Of a DNA stretch of 36,439 bases, positions 36,301 to 36,439 are shown piece by piece (the first letter of the stretch is position 1; every line of letters starts with the position of its first letter). The position numbers were made by a program, and so were the translations under genes. Origin of the DNA: Elusimicrobiota bacterium (lineage in GTDB: Bacteria > Elusimicrobiota > Elusimicrobia > UBA1565); contig JBDREN010000144.1 of NCBI GenBank assembly GCA_043819795.1, forward strand, positions 1-36,439. The letters run 5' to 3'. Under the pieces are notes generated by a model. That model ran no database searches. It was not told where the DNA came from and worked only from the letters and a program-made list of their open reading frames with translations.

Positions 36301-36439
36301 CACCGATTTTCGCGGAGCCCCAACCGTCACGCCGATATAACACACGGCGCCGGGGCTCTCAGTTGAATCGAAGGGTCAGTACGCCGCCTTTGGGGGCGAT
36401 GAGGGTGCCGGGCAAGTTCTTCCAGGGAACGCCGCGCAG
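36301..36439 (-). mobile_element. Probable end of an insertion sequence (possibly IS1380-like) with the 3' end of its ORF
   Basis: Abrupt junction TTAA|CACCGATTTTCGCGG; minus-strand ORF end LRGVPWKNLPGTLIAPKGGVLTLRFN* (stop 36359-36361); subterminal GAGCCCC...GGGGCTC hairpin. Confidence 0.45.

Noticed and set aside
36301..36358. Group II intron domain V/VI (GAGCC...ACGGTT)
   Set aside because: Stem geometry, GNRA loop and AY terminus do not fit; a simple hairpin within an IS-like end explains it better.

Overview
GC-rich diderm bacterial chromosome segment with about 30 mostly housekeeping/accessory CDSs; no rRNA, tRNA or CRISPR array was seen. From left to right: a window-truncated secreted protein with eight 12-aa SEHYWRSGxGxG repeats (absent from the supplied ORF track); a minus-strand run of EndoQ-family nuclease, compact UvrD-like helicase (both ending in beta-clamp-type motifs), a degenerate pilin-like membrane protein and a REC-HisKA-HATPase kinase; a ferredoxin; a DUF885-like metallopeptidase; a cytochrome c/cytochrome b fusion; a thioesterase; two divergent FAD proteins only 26 bp apart; a beta-CASP nuclease; a degenerate GHKL protein; DUF2490; YgbA; ScsB/DsbD plus a Prx-like redoxin; a CRP-box-rich regulatory patch; gcvP; an FG-GAP surface protein; a nitrilase/aminotransferase pair; DUF456; an operon of TPR protein, small membrane protein, SSS transporter with a C-terminal beta-barrel-like domain and GDPD; a large LRR/TSP3 surface protein; and a DsrE-family gene apparently cut at a TTAA by an insertion element at the right edge. 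Several genes appear leaderless. All family assignments come from motif recognition by eye, with no database searches.
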